Assembly (NCBI RefSeq): GCF_009914755.1
Contig: NC_060936.1
DNA from: the human T2T-CHM13v2.0 reference genome, Homo sapiens
Reading direction: 5' to 3' (one strand)
DNA: 64,000 nucleotides
Shown: one piece after another, positions 1 through 14,726 of the stretch
How the letters are laid out: the number at the start of each line of letters is the position of its first letter
How positions within the stretch are numbered: the stretch's first letter is position 1
Notes under the pieces: generated by a model
Told to the model about the DNA's origin: nothing
Seen by the model: the letters and a program-made list of their open reading frames with translations, nothing else
Database searches by the model: none
Made by a program: the position numbers and the translations under genes

Positions 1-194
1 ATTACAGGCATGAGCCACCGCGCCCGGCCTAGCCAGGTAGATTTTTGTCAGACTTTGCTTCCCTGGTTTACGTCACAGAAATAATAGAAGAATCACTGTA
101 ACAAAGGATTTTGCACTAAGTGTGCAATGGGTCACACACAAAAAATGAATCAGAATGTCAAATTCCAACAACAACAACAACAAAACAACAACAG

Positions 195-780
195 TTGAGA
201 TTTTGATTGTGATTGCATTGATCCTTTAGATTAATCTGCACAAATGGACATCCTGTAGTATTGAGTTTTCCTATCCATGAACATGTTCTCTCTCTCTTTA
301 TTTAGGTCTTTAATGTCTCCCCGTAAAGATTTATAATTTTCCCCATAGAGGCCTTACCTATTTTTTGCCAGATTTATTCCTAGGTACTTGGTATTTTTAG
401 ATGCTCTTGTAATTGGTATCTTTAATTTTTATTTTAATTATTTTATTTTTTATTGTTATATAGAAAGACAATTGATATTTGCATTCTACTTTTTTATGAT
501 CAGTAATTATGAATTTTAATCATTTATCCACAGATTATTTTGGATTTTCTAGGCACACCATTTTATAAACTGTGAATATTGACAGTTTCATTTTAATTTT
601 TAAATATTTTGTTTCTTTTTCTCACCTTATGACTCTAGCTAGGAATTCCTGTACGAGGCTGGATGAAAGGGGAGGTAGGGGAAATCCGTGTCTTGTTCTT
701 GATCTCAGAGGAAAAGCTTTTGGCACTGTATCATTAAATATGGTAATTGCTGTGTGGTTTATTAGATTAACTCCAATACA
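195..780 (-). mobile_element. Old L1 (L1M-type) ORF2-region fragment
   Basis: Resembles antisense L1 body (gattgcattga...ctatccatgaacatg; cttgttcttgatctcagaggaaaagcttt). Confidence 0.7.
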
Positions 781-792
781 ATAAGAGAAATA

Positions 793-1110
793 TACAGTTG
801 TGTATATTTAACACAATGGGGATATATTCTGAGAATGTGTCAATGGGCAATTCCATAATTGTGCAAACATCATGGAATGTACTTATACAAATCTAGATGA
901 TATAGCTACTACACACCTAGGCCATATGGTAGAACCTATTGCTCCTAGGCTACAATCCTGTCCAGCATGTACTGTACTGAATACTATAAGCAATGTAATA
1001 TAACAGTAAGTATTTGTGTATCTAAACATAGAAAAGGTACAGTAAAAATACAGTATTGTAATCTTATGGGAATACTGTCATATATGCAATCAATTTTTGG
1101 CCCAAAACAT
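793..1110. mobile_element. Tigger3/MER7-like DNA transposon relic
   Basis: ttctgagaa...gcaaacatcat...tacacacctaggc...tatctaaacatagaaaaggtacagtaaaaata; homologous to the copy at 16494-17131. Confidence 0.75.
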
Positions 1111-1134
1111 CATTTTGTTGCTCTTTGATCTTTG

Positions 1135-1900
1135 ACAAAAGACCAATGACTGTCTTTGGTCATTGTCCCTGGTTCCTGACACAAAGCTTTCAAAACACTT
1201 GTAATTTCCTGAGTGATAGGGGTCACAGGAACATCTTTTGTTACAATATTGTTCTTTGTCCCTGGTTCCTGGCGCACAGCCTCTCAAATCCTTGGACTCT
1301 GGAGTGACAAGAGTGTCTTTTGTATGCAAGTGAAATGACTGGTGGCTGGGAGCCCTAGGCAGCTTCAGCATGGGGGCTGGTTGCCAGAAAGATCAAGCCA
1401 TAAATTATTTAGAGGTTTGGAACTTTCAGGCGCCCATCCTTGCCACCCTTGGGGAGGGAAGAGGGGCTGGAGATTGGAGATCAACAAAGGCCAGTGATCT
1501 AATCAGTCATGCCTGTATAATGAAACCTCCATGAACATCCCTAAATGATGGGATTTGGAGAGCTTCCAGGTTGTTAACCACACCAAGGTGCTGGGAGAGT
1601 GGTGTGCTCAGAGAAGGCGTGGAGGCTCTGTGCACCCCCCAACCCCATACCTTAGCTTATGCGTCTCTTTCGTTTGGCTGTTCCTGAGTTGTGTCTTTTA
1701 TAATAAATCAGTGATGGGAAGTAAAGTGTCCTTCTGAGTTCTGTGAGCCATTTCAGCAAATGGTCAAATGTGAAGGAGACGTGTGTGGGGGAACCCCTGA
1801 TTTTGTAGCCAGGTTGGACAGAAGTCTGTGTACCCTGGGCACCTAATACTTGCAACTGGCATCTGAAGTGAGGACAACCTTATGGGACTTACGCCTGCAT
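1135..1900 (+). mobile_element. MER21-like LTR
   Basis: Twice-repeated tgtccctggttcctg..aca.agc motif, atttcctgagtgatagg, ttgcaactggcatctgaagtg. Confidence 0.7.
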
Positions 1901-3062
1901 TTCTATTGAGTATAGGCCTAGACGTGAAGTTGCTGGGTTACAGGAATCCACGTGTTCAGCTTCACTAGATTCTGCTAATTTTCCAAAGTGATGGTACCCC
2001 TTTACATCCATACCAGCACGAATAAGGGTTTCAGTTGCTCCGTCTCCTTACAAATACTTAGTTTGTTGATCTTTTGGAAACACCAACTTTGGGTTTTTTT
2101 TATCCCTTCTATGTGTGGATATTATTCCATCATCTTCTGGCCTCTATTGTTTTGACGGAGGAGTTGACTGTTAATCTTTTTGTTGCTCCCTTTCAAGGTA
2201 GTCCAGTCTAACTTTTTTTTTTTTTTTTTTTTTGGTCTGCTTTTAAGAATTTTTTTTTGGTCTTTGGTTTTCAGCAGTTGTAATATGATGTAACTAGGTT
2301 CTTTTGTTTTGTTTTGTTCTTCTTTTTTTTTTCCTGATTGAGATTTGTAGTACATTCAAAATCTGCAGGCTGATGTCTTTACCTAGTTTTGGAAAATTAA
2401 CAGTTTTTGCCTTATTTTTTTTCCCTTCTGGGACTCCAATTCCACATATGTTGGACCTTTCTACAATACCCTGTACATCTTACATTCCTTTCTGCCTTTT
2501 CTTTCTGTGGTTTATTCTAATACTTTGTCCTAAACTTTAAGTTCATTAATTTTCTATTTATTTATGTCTGATCTGCTTTTCCCGGTTCCTTAAACAATCC
2601 TTTGAGTGCTTGATTTCAGGTATTGTCATTATCCATTCCAGAATTTCCATTTTAAAAACAATTTCCTGTGCTCTACCAAAATTCTCAATTTTTTGTCTTT
2701 TGTTTCCTTGACTCTATTAAATAAAATTATTTTAAATTGTGTGTCTTATAACTCTGTCGTGATCATTTATGTTGTGTGTGAATCTCTTGGTTTTGTTTAA
2801 GTTCTTTCGTGTCTTTATATGGCTGGCATTTCTAACTGAGTTCTTAACAGCCTGTGTGATAAATTGGAGAGAGAGGATTGGAGGCGTTGGGTGATGTTAT
2901 ATTTTATCAGAGGAGATTTATTTTTGCTTCTAACAGACACCATAACTGGGTACATTAGCAAGCTAAGCTAAACTTATTCTAATCAGAGATTAAGTTGATT
3001 TGAAGCTGGGCTTTAGTTTATGAAGGGCTTATCTCTCTGTAATATCTCTATTTCTTTTTCTC

Positions 3063-3940
<878 letters not shown>

Positions 3941-4062
3941 TGAATTACCTAGCCTCCTGTTGCCACAAGCAGAAGTCCCTGGGAGGTAACTTTGACCATC
4001 AATTTCAATTCCAAATTGCTCATCATTTGTTGTTTATTCTGTTTTTTGTTTCTCCTAATTAG

Positions 4063-4179
4063 CCTCCTGATGCAGAGAAAGAACTGGTTGATAAGATTGA
4101 GAGCATATGGTCCAATCTGTTTAATGATTCAGTGAATGTGGAGCATGCTCTTGGGGACATAAAGAGAACTTTCACAGAG
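4063..4179 (+). CDS. DNAH10: DNAH10 exon (window exon 1), tail: PPDAEKELVDKIESIWSNLF...KRTFTE
   Basis: attag| acceptor, 117-nt open frame, |gtacct donor, phase 0; in frame with next exon; absent from ORF track. Confidence 0.85.
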
Positions 4180-4260
4180 GTACCTTTTAAATTTCACTTC
4201 CTGAGTAAAGACATTGAAAAACGTATTTGGGCTAAATTAATGTAACCTCGTTTTTCTCAG

Positions 4261-4363
4261 CTTACTCGAGGCGAAATAATGAACTACAGAGTTCAGATAG
4301 AGGAGTTTGCAAAGCGTTTTTACAGTGAAGGCCCTGGTTCTGTTGGTGATGATCTTGATAAAG
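4261..4363 (+). CDS. DNAH10: DNAH10 exon 2: LTRGEIMNYRVQIEEFAKRFYSEGPGSVGDDLDK
   Basis: tttttctcag| ... AAG|gtaaga; 103 nt, ends phase 1. Confidence 0.9.
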
Positions 4364-4806
4364 GTAAGAATGTTCCTGTTGGTCTTACTGAGCGATCTGA
4401 GTAGCAAATGTTTGAGTATGTTTTGCTTAAGAGTTTTATGGCAAGTGATGATGGTGCCGTGATTAAAATATTTATTTCTTCCTCAAATACTTTTTTCTTG
4501 GCTCATTTTAGTGGTCACATTAAAAAAAAAAAAAGCTGGATTAATGCGACTCATTGATTGTTGAGTGCCTGCTACCCGAAGGTGTTGAGAGAAGTGCCAA
4601 GGAGCAGCCTCCACTCCTGTGGGGGATACAGAGGTTTCTGCCGCAGCTCAGAAATCTTAAACACCAGCGACTGCCTTTACAAAGGCAGCGTCTTATCCAT
4701 CCATCTGCCTCTCTAATGCCTGTTACATTTATTCTTTGGATTCAGATGCTTGTCCTCTGCCCTTCACATCACATAGGCTAAAATGGTGACAAGTTAAAAA
4801 TACTAA

Positions 4807-5115
<309 letters not shown>

Positions 5116-5692
5116 TCCTAAAATTCTTATTCTAAAGAGAATTTGGTAAATACCATGAGACAAAAAAAATACCATGAGACAAACCAAAGACTGCTGTGGC
5201 TTCCAAAGAAATGGGTGACGTTTATTTAAGGATGCTCAAAAAAGGCATCTGGGAAATGTGGCATTTGAGTAGATGATTGTGAGCAGGGACGTAGTGACCT
5301 AGAGTGGTAGTGGTCATTGGAATTGGGGGAGAAGCATAGAACTGGGAAGTTAGAGTGGTAAGGGAGTTATCAGTAGGATGATGATGTTCTCAAGGGGGCG
5401 GCAAAGGATGGTGATGTCGACCACAACATAGACCACCTCAGATTCCCTTAAAATAGTCTCCTTTCTGAATGACCTGGTTGTGAGAATTAGGCACAATTTT
5501 CTAACTGGAGGAGACTGCAGATGTCATTGGTCTTTTGGTTTTACTTAGAATGGTGCCATGATTCTAAATTTGTCTTCCCGTGTGGTTTATGAGGATGAAA
5601 TTATAATTGAGATACATTATGCATGATTTCTTATTCAATTTTGTACACCTTAAAATTGTATTTATTCACTCATCGGTGTATTTATTTACTAG

Positions 5693-5871
5693 GAGTAGAG
5701 CTTTTAGGTGTTTATGAAAGAGAGCTGGCAAGACATGAAAAGAGCCGTCAGGAACTGGCTAACGCTGAGAAACTTTTCGATCTTCCTATTACAATGTACC
5801 CAGAGCTGCTGAAAGTGCAGAAGGAAATGAGTGGGCTGAGGATGATTTACGAGCTCTATGAAGGACTAAAG
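5693..5871 (+). CDS. DNAH10: DNAH10 exon 3: GVELLGVYERE...AEKLFDLPITMYPELLKV...YEGLK (start of linker/DHC_N2 region)
   Basis: ttactag| ... AAG|gtgagc; 179 nt restores phase 0; inside ORF 5623..5922. Confidence 0.93.
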
Positions 5872-6080
5872 GTGAGCATCTCCCTGAAAGCGAAGGACTC
5901 AGGCTCACTGAAGGGGATGTAGGAATTACTTAAGCCCTGCAGACTTTGATGCCACCATAATAATGAGCTTGGGTCTGACGTTGTGGAAACGCTCATTTTG
6001 GCCGCAGGGAAGGGGGATGGGGAGTGATTGCTTATGGGTACAGGGTTTCCATTTGGGGTGTTGAAAAAGTTCTGGAAATA

Positions 6081-6447
<367 letters not shown>

Positions 6448-6449
6448 TT

Positions 6450-6746
6450 ATTTTTATTTTTGAGACAAAGTCTCGCTCTAACACCCAAGCTGGGGTGCAG
6501 TGGTGTGATAATAACTCACTGCAGCCTCGAAGTCCTGGGTCGAAGTGATCCTTCTGCCTCAGCCTGCAAAGCAGTTGGGACTACAGAGGTGCACCACCAT
6601 GCCCAGCTATTCTTTTTTTAGTTTTAGTAGAGGCAATGTCTCACTGTGTTACCCAGGCTGGTCTGGAACTCCTGATCTCAAGCGATCCTCCTGCCTTGAC
6701 CTCCCAAAGTGCTGGGATTACAGGCATGAGCCATTGCACCCAGCCT
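6450..6746 (-). mobile_element. Alu (AluJ-like)
   Basis: Diverged antisense dimer. Confidence 0.88.
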
Positions 6747-6899
6747 GGAATTACATATTTTAAAATGATTAAAATGACAATTTTTTTTTTATGTATTTTA
6801 CTGTCATCATAGAAAAGAACTCTCTTTGGAGGTCAAGGGCTTGGTTAAGGCATGGGGTAAACTGTTTAGTTGCAAGCGGAGATTAAAAGTTGCCGTGTC

Positions 6900-7348
<449 letters not shown>

Positions 7349-7526
7349 TCATGTCATTTGGGTGCCTCTCATTGGTATGTTTCCCATGCAAATTCATGCT
7401 ATTCATTCATTTATCTATTGACTTAGTTCTTTATAGCTCAGTGCTGTGCTGGTTGGAGTGTGGGGTCCAGAAAAGGAGTCATGTTTGCCCGTTCCTGCCC
7501 TTCTTGAGTCCCCAAGGGAGACTGAC

Positions 7527-8113
7527 TATGTTAGTCTGGGTTCTTGAGAAACAGAATCAATAGGAGATATGTGTATCTATATCTATATCTGTCTATATCT
7601 AATCTGTATCTATAACCTGTATCTATACCTGTATCTATATCTAATCTACATCTGTATTACATTATCTAATCTATATCTATCTGTATCTAATCTACATATC
7701 TATTTCTAATCTATATCTAATGTATATCTATATATCTGTGTCTAATCTATACCTATATCTATGAGATTTGTGATGAGGAATTGGCTCCTGTGATTATGGA
7801 GGCTGAGAAATCCCATGGTCTGCAGTTGGCAAGCTAGAGACCCTGGAGAGCTGATGGTATAGATTCTAGTCTGAGTCCAAGTCCGAATGCGGGAGAACAC
7901 TGACGTCCCAGCTTGAAGACAGTCAGGCACAGAGGTTGCATTCCACCTTCCTCAGCCTTTTGTTCGATTCAGGCCTGCAGTGGATTGAGTGAGGCCATCC
8001 ATGTTGGGGAGGGCCACCTGCTTTACTCAGTCCCCCAATGCAAACGCTCATCTCACTCAGTATCTCTCACAAAACACCAGCGTCCACTTGACACACAGGA
8101 TTCACCTTTGCAC
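7527..8113 (-). mobile_element. MLT2 (ERVL) LTR with internal (ATCT)-type expansion
   Basis: gagaaacagaatcaatagga...gaggaattggctc...ctgcagttggcaagctagagaccc...cttgacaca. Confidence 0.8.
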
Positions 8114-8734
8114 CGATATGTGAACAAATAACCACGCCCCCAAGATATGTGCTGGAAATGAGGTGGACAGAGTCCTGAGCTTGCAGAGGAGGAAGGAGAG
8201 TGGCCCATTGGCCCAGGGAATGCTGCTGAGGAGGTGGCCTGGGAGTGAGGCTCAGAACCAGAGCAGGCTTTTGCCTGGTGCAGAACAAGGCTTTCCAGGC
8301 AGAGCGCTGGGCAGGAGCAGAGACAGGAGATTTGAAGTTGTGTCTTGTGTCCATAACCTTTCATCCAGACTGGTGGCTTTACCAACCATGGATGCACCAG
8401 GAAATGGGGTTGGGATGTGCGAAGCGGCCGGTGGAGATGAAGCCGTGAGAAGGGACTCCGGAGGCAGCCGGGGGATTGCAGGCAGGGGGTCCTTTAGGAG
8501 GTCACTGCCCCAGTGCTGGCAGAAGGGATGGGAGCTTGCATTTTAGGACAATTATAGAGGGAATAGAGAGGAGAGAAGATTCCAGAGATGGGGTGGAAAG
8601 TGATGAGACCTGGTGCCTGCACCAGGCAAAAAATTCATAAAGTTAAAAACATACCGTCAGCTTTTAAAAGGAAAGGTATCATGAGAACTGAGAACAACCA
8701 CACACATGTCAAAATAAGTGGTTTTAAAATGTTT

Positions 8735-8970
8735 AATTTTTCTGGGTTCATAGTAGGTGTCTATATGGGATACATAGATGTTTTGACACGGGCATGCAAT
8801 GTGTAATAATCACATCACGGGGAATGGGATGTCCATCCCCTCAAGCTTTTATCCTTTGTGTTACAAACAATCCAATTATGCTCCTTTAGTTATTTAAAAA
8901 TATACAATTTTTATTGACTATAGTCACCCTGCCATGCTATCAAATACTAGGTCTTATTCATTCTTTCTGG
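8735..8970 (-). mobile_element. L1MA-type 3' end
   Basis: gcatgcaatgtgtaataatcacatc...ttattgactatagtcaccctg...tcttattcattct. Confidence 0.75.
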
Positions 8971-9599
8971 TTTTTTTTTCTGTAGCAAAATAAGCATTTT
9001 TAAAAATCCAATATTGAGACATAGCTTGGTCCCCCCAGCCTACTCTGGTCTGTGGATGTTAAGGGACATTTCATCACCTAGAGTGACTTCCACTCTCCTT
9101 GAAATTTATTTTTTCCTAGCAATTGCTTTTCAAAGTTGTGTGCTGAGAAGAGTCTCAGTGACACACTGGGTGGCTTCTGGGAGGCTGGGCAGGGGACTGT
9201 CATCATAATCCCAGGGGATCCTGGGGTGGCAGCGGTGCAGGTTGGGAAGCATGGGTGGATTCTGGATCTGGTTTGCAGGTAGAGTCAGTGGGACCTCCTG
9301 GAGGTGTGGATGTGGGATGTAAGAGCAAGAGAACAAGGAAGACTCCAAGGTTTTTGGCCTGAGGAGCCGGAAGAGTGGAGTCACTCTTAAGGGAAGACTC
9401 CAGGAAAAGAAGGTTTGGGGACGATGGTGAACATCTGGAATTCAGGGCAAGGTGATGTCTGCTGGACGTTCCTGTGGTGATGTTGAGGAAGCAGCACTTG
9501 GATGTATTTGTCTGGAGCTCAGAGGAGAGCTGGAGGTGTGAATTGGGAGTGTCCAGGTGCGGAAGGTACTGAGCCACCAGTTCAGATGGGCTCACCTGG

Positions 9600-10062
9600 T
9601 GCCTTCGTTTCCTGGGGCTGCCAGAACAAATGATTATGAATACATGGTTGTGAATACAGACCAGGAGGCTGAAAACAACAGAAATGTATCTCCTCACGGT
9701 TCTGGAGGCCAGGAGTGCAAAATCAAGGTGTCTGCAGGGCCACGATCACTCCGGAGGCTGCAGAAGAGGCTTCTTCTTGCCTCTTCCAGCTCCTGGTGGC
9801 TTTTGACTGTCCCTGGCGTTCCGTGGCTTGCGGCTGTGTTGCTCCTGTCTCTGCCTCCCTCATCACATTGCTGTCTTCCCTCTGTGCCTCTGTGTCTGTT
9901 TTCTCTTCTTATACGGACACCAGTCACTGGATTTAGGGCCCACTCTAATCCAGTATGACCTCACCCTAACTACCTCTGCAAAGACCCTCTTTCCAAGTGA
10001 GGCTTCATTCTGAGGTTCTGGGTGGACGTGCATTTTTGGGGGACGCTATTCAGCCCGGTACA
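9600..10062 (-). mobile_element. MLT1 (MaLR) LTR inserted in an L2 relic (~9150-10400)
   Basis: aaacaacagaaatgtat...cacggttctggaggccagga...ggatttagggcccac...tctgcaaagaccct. Confidence 0.8.
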
Positions 10063-10419
10063 CTTGGGAGTGGGGTTGGTGGAGGAGAGGAGCGAGGTCT
10101 GAGCCTGGGTCTCTCCAACATTAAATGCCATGAGAATACATCCCTAAAAAAGGAAAGACGAGGAAGAGGAGGAGTGGCCCAGGTGGTAGGAGAACAAACA
10201 GGTGAGTGTGACATCTTGGAAACGTGTTTCCAGGAGGTAGGACTGGCCAACTGCACCAGATGCTGCTGATAGATCAGGTGAGAAGAGGATGGAAGATTGA
10301 TCACAGTATTGCATATTGTGGAGGCCACTGGTGACTGCAACAAGAAAAAAATCAATGGAGTGTGGCCGTGGAAGCCTAAATGGAGCGAGTCCAAGGTGTT
10401 TACCTGAGAGAAGAGAAAG

Positions 10420-11250
10420 CATGGTCCTTGCAGAGACTTCTGCATGAATGTTCATAAACAGCATTGTTGGTAATAGCCCAATACTAGAAACAACCCAAAT
10501 GCCCATTAAGTGAATGGATAAATAAGCTGTGGCTCATCCACACCACGGAATACTACTACTCAGCAAGGTAGAGGATTGAACCAGTTCTCAGCGCATCCAC
10601 GCAACAACATGGGCGACTCTCAGAATCGTCATGCTGAGCGAAAGAAGCCAGATACAGAGGAATGCATATTGTATTATTCCATTCATAAAAAACCCTGGAA
10701 AATGCAAACGAATTTATGGTGGCAGTACACAGATCTGTGGTTAACTGGGGGTAGGGACAGGAGGAGAGAGATGGGAGGGGTTATGACACAGGGAAATGGG
10801 GCAGCTTTTGAGGGTGATGAATGAGTTTGCTATCTTGATTGTGGTGGTGCTTTCACAGGCATGCACACCTGTCAAAACTTTGCAGATTGTACCTTTAGTT
10901 ATGGACAGCTTATTATATACCAGTTAATCCTCAATAAAGCTGTTAGAAAAACAGGCCAGGTGTGGTGGCTCATGCCTGTAATCCCAGCACTTGGAGGCTA
11001 AGGCAGGAGGATTGCTTGAGCCCAGGAGTTTGAGGCCAGCCTAGGCAACCTAGCAAGACCCCCTGTCTCTGCAAAATAAAATAAAAAATATCCAGGCCTG
11101 GTGGTGCATGTCTGTCGTCTCAGCTACTCAGGAGGCTGAGATGGGAGGATCACTTGAGGCCAGGAGGTTGAGGCTGCAATGAACTGTGATCACACCATTG
11201 CACTACAGCCTGGGTGGCAGCGAGACCCTGTCTCCAAAAAAAAAAATAAT
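10420..11250 (+). mobile_element. L1M 3' end followed by AluJ-like element (10954-11250)
   Basis: gaaacaacccaaatgccc...aataaagctgtt, then Alu consensus. Confidence 0.8.
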
Positions 11251-11799
11251 AATAATTTTTACATTAAATCTCAGGAAAATATAACACAGAAAATCTTCTC
11301 TTTACAATCATCAAGTAGGAACATGTTTTTCCTCACTTCTTAGCCTCAACCTGATGGTTTGTAAACAGATTCTTGGATTAGTGATCTAGAGTGTAAATAT
11401 TTTGTAACCTTAGCTGCTTTCATCAGGGAAAAGAAGCAAGCTATGACAGCACCTGAATGAAGTACATCCTTTAAGACCCACGCAACTCCCTGATTTAAAA
11501 AACACCTGTTAATTACTTTATACCTCTCACTTTTGTCTTTAGAAAGGGAAGATGTATTTCTGGATCCCACACATCCTCAGATACAGCATTATTTTTGCAA
11601 AAGCTTACAAAAAGTGGAATTCTTTTCTTGTTGTTTTAGATCCTTGTAGTCAACCTCTTGTTTGTGAATTTCAGGTAGTTGTAGATAGATGGGTAATACT
11701 TTAAAATATCTGAACGTGACTAAGAGTCAAGAACTTGCTCTCCTTGTTGCATTTCCAAAGGGGTCTTTGTTGATGGAGCTGTTCCTTGCACGTTTCCAG

Positions 11800-12011
11800 G
11801 TTGCAAAAGAAGAATGGTCTCAGACCCTTTGGATCAACCTGAATGTGCAGATTCTCCAGGAAGGAATTGAAGGTTTTCTCAGGGCTCTCAGAAAGCTACC
11901 TCGGCCAGTCCGTGGCTTATCAGTGACCTACTACTTGGAAGCAAAAATGAAGGCATTCAAAGACTCGATTCCTTTACTTCTTGACTTGAAAAACGAGGCA
12001 CTAAGAGACAG
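11800..12011 (+). CDS. DNAH10: DNAH10 exon 4: VAKEEWSQTLWINLNV...LLDLKNEALRDR
   Basis: tttccag| ... AG|gtttgt; 212 nt, ends phase 2; leads into the conserved LRxRHW motif. Confidence 0.93.
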
Positions 12012-12304
12012 GTTTGTTTTGTCCTCTGTCCGCAGATGTAAAAGTGTGGGAGGAGCTTTTAGTTAAAATTGTTTCCCTCAGTACATTATCTTTGGTCTGA
12101 TGATGAAGCACACAATTTCAACAATGCCGCAGGGCTATACATGGGCACGACACAGTTCTATAATGTTGTTTCTATGTAAAGTGTCTGTAAAACTGTCAAC
12201 CACAGGATTCTTTTAAAAAAGAAAGATCCCAGCAGGTGCAAAGTGGGCGTTTGCAGTTGCTTTTCTCGAAGATTTAAAAAACTATAGTAAGTGACCTTGA
12301 TCAG

Positions 12305-12615
12305 CCCCATCCAGCAGACATCAAACGGAACTCACATATGTAATTTACAGTTTTTTAGCTGCTACAGTAAAAGAGTAAAAACAGGTGAAATTAATTTTAA
12401 TAGTATATTTTAATTAACTCAATATATCCCAAACATTATTTCAACATGTAATCAACATGAAACATTTATTCATGAGATATTTTACATTCTTCTTAAAAAA
12501 TATGTCAAAGTGCAATGTGTATTTTATATCTATAGCCTATTTCAACCTGGGCTTGCCCCGTTTCAAGTGCTCCATAGACACGCGTGGCTTGTGGCCACCA
12601 TACTGATGGGATAGC
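12305..12615. mobile_element. MER33/MER3-like hAT-Charlie relic
   Basis: aaacaggtgaaattaattttaata...acattatttcaacatgtaatcaa...tttcaagtgctc...gtggcttgtggccacc. Confidence 0.7.
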
Positions 12616-13393
12616 CAGCCCTGTGGGTGGGACAGAGGGGGCATGGGTCTGTGTTTATTTGGTGATGGCACCACACAGACACGAATTAGGAGTTACAGTC
12701 CTCATTTGTGAGTTATGCTTCTGCTCGTGTTCCTCTATTCCTCGGTCATGTTTTCCAAAGTGTGGTCATCTAGTCATGCCATGACATCAAGTGACTTCAT
12801 TTTCCCTAGTGAGAAAGTCATCCCTTCTTTGGTTCCCTTCCTATCCTTGAGTTCACACTGAGAAAGTCTCTCGTAAGTGCTGGCTTGTTTTCAACACCTG
12901 TTACATCTGTCTCTCCCTCTCAACAAGGAGCAGGCAGCCCTCAGGCCCTGGTGACGTGGAGTCTTAGCCCTCTTTTCACTGTCTGCTGGCTTCCCTGGAG
13001 CACTCACCTTTACCTTTGCAGGCTTCAGTTTCCTCATCTGTAAAACTAGGTAGAAGTAGGCATTTTCTAGCTAAAGTTCTCGGTTTTATAATCCCATAAC
13101 CCAGTGTTTCTCAAACTTTGGTCCTGTCTCATCATTTTTGTCAGATCTGAGTATCATCTATGCTGTCATGGCTTTATATTTTTCTTCCTATCAGTTTCTT
13201 TTTTATGGAAATGAATGTTATTCTAAAAATAAACTTCCACCACCACTGTAAAGAGAAAACCAAAAGCTCTTGCCAGAAATAGAAAGTAATTATTAAAAAA
13301 AAAAAAACTAGCTCAAAACAGTCGCCTGTCTCTGAGCCAGAGACCTTCGCTCTAAGAAAGGTGAATGACCCTGGGGAGGGACTGAGGACACAG

Positions 13394-13957
13394 CGTAAGA
13401 ATTAAAGAAAGAGGAAAGAAACACAAAAGGTGGCTTGCCAGTCAAAACAGGTTTATTTTAGAGAAAACAAACCTGAGAGGGGATTCTGGCCAAGTTAGGT
13501 CAGAGCCACACTCTCTTAGAGACTAAGAGTTTTTAAGGATTTAGGGTGGGAGAGCTTATCTGAGGCTTGGACTGCTTCTGTGTCTCTCTGTTGTGCTTAT
13601 CTGGGAGGGAGAGTTGTGTGTCTATTCCCATTCATTTTTCTGCAGCAGCAGGCATACTCGCCGAGTCTGCTTTTAGCTCCCCTATCTTAGTGCACCTGAA
13701 GGGAAAGGAATGTTCTTATTAAGGTCCACTGTTTTACTGGGACCCATTGTATAAGGGTGAAGTTTGGCAGTTACCCAAGAGACTTCCTCCTCTCCTCCCT
13801 CTGTGCCTGAGCTGTCTTGTCTATGTTTTCCTGTCTGCTCTTTCTGGTGGCTTGTAGTTAGAAGATAAGTGATTTCCTTAAAATGCATGGGCTGGAAAGG
13901 GAGCTGGACCTTAAAGTGGTGGTGTTTGTCCAAGATGAGGTTGCTCCTGCTCTGTCA
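13394..13957 (-). mobile_element. Solo ERV LTR (class I-like), 564 bp
   Basis: Minus strand begins TGACAGAGCAGGAGC; AATAAA on minus strand (tttatt ~13452); 5-bp TSD CACAG at 13389-13393 and 13958-13962. Confidence 0.8.
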
Positions 13958-14106
13958 CACAGAAGCACAAAGAGGAGACTTTCCCTTCGATGTAATTTAC
14001 TGTAATTGAAAGGACTGGGCGGGAACTGGAGAGGGAATCACTCTCTCCCAGTGACTCAGGGCTGAGTTATGTTGAGTGTGGACCCTCTAATCCACCACCA
14101 GGGTTA

Positions 14107-14726
14107 TGTCACAGGCTGGCCCCAGGTCCGCTCTGCCCACATGCAGTCCATCAATCGCCGTGACATGGGTTTTGCGAAACAGATTTATTTGCAAGGCCGC
14201 CAAGCAAGGAGGCAGGTGAGCAGCCCTCACATCTGCCTTCCTGAAGATAAGGCTTAGGGATGTTTAGGCATTAGGGGAGTGGGGTGGTCGAAGTTGAGGG
14301 GGAAGGTGGTTGGTGGTGGGAAAAAGGAAGTAACAGGTTCATTCTGAGCAAGTGTAGCTGGGGTTCACAGCATTTCACAGGACATAGGCACAGAAAGTGG
14401 GGGCATCGGCATGGCCTGAGGGTAGAGTGTTTGGCCTTCCAACGTCAAAAAGGCCACCTCTGGGGCACTTGCACAGGCCCAGTTGAAAGGTCAGTGGTCT
14501 CAACCAGTTGGAACTGGACAGAGGAGTTGGTTCAACTTCCTGAAAAACAACCAAAGTCACCATCGCCATCGTGGCCTGTGAATGTTATCCATAGTAGCCA
14601 GTGAAGGTTAAGTTTCAGCGTTCAGTGGTGAGACCTTCAGCTTCATGGGAAAAGGGGGAAAAAAATAAAAAGCAAGTGACCATAAGCCACAGAGCAGGCA
14701 CTGATGACCCTTACCCTTCAGTTTCA
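14107..14726 (-). mobile_element. Probable second LTR (subfamily not recognised)
   Basis: TG...CA termini (tgtcac...gtttca), tttatt signal, near-TSD gtta/gttc. Confidence 0.45.

Noticed and set aside
4180-4260. 81-nt (3n) intron with donor GTACCTTT resembling the U12 consensus GTATCCTT; possible in-frame retention
   Set aside because: The donor lacks the +4 T and no TCCTTAAC branch site is present. Retention meets an in-frame TAA at the 22nd codon.
5148-5183. Short tandem duplications (19 bp here; also ~35148-35172, ~52124-52147, ~61079-61102)
   Set aside because: Ordinary slippage products with no functional context.
9203-9958. 164-aa (-) and 133-aa (+) ORFs
   Set aside because: They lie across L2 and MLT1 relics with non-coding-like composition.
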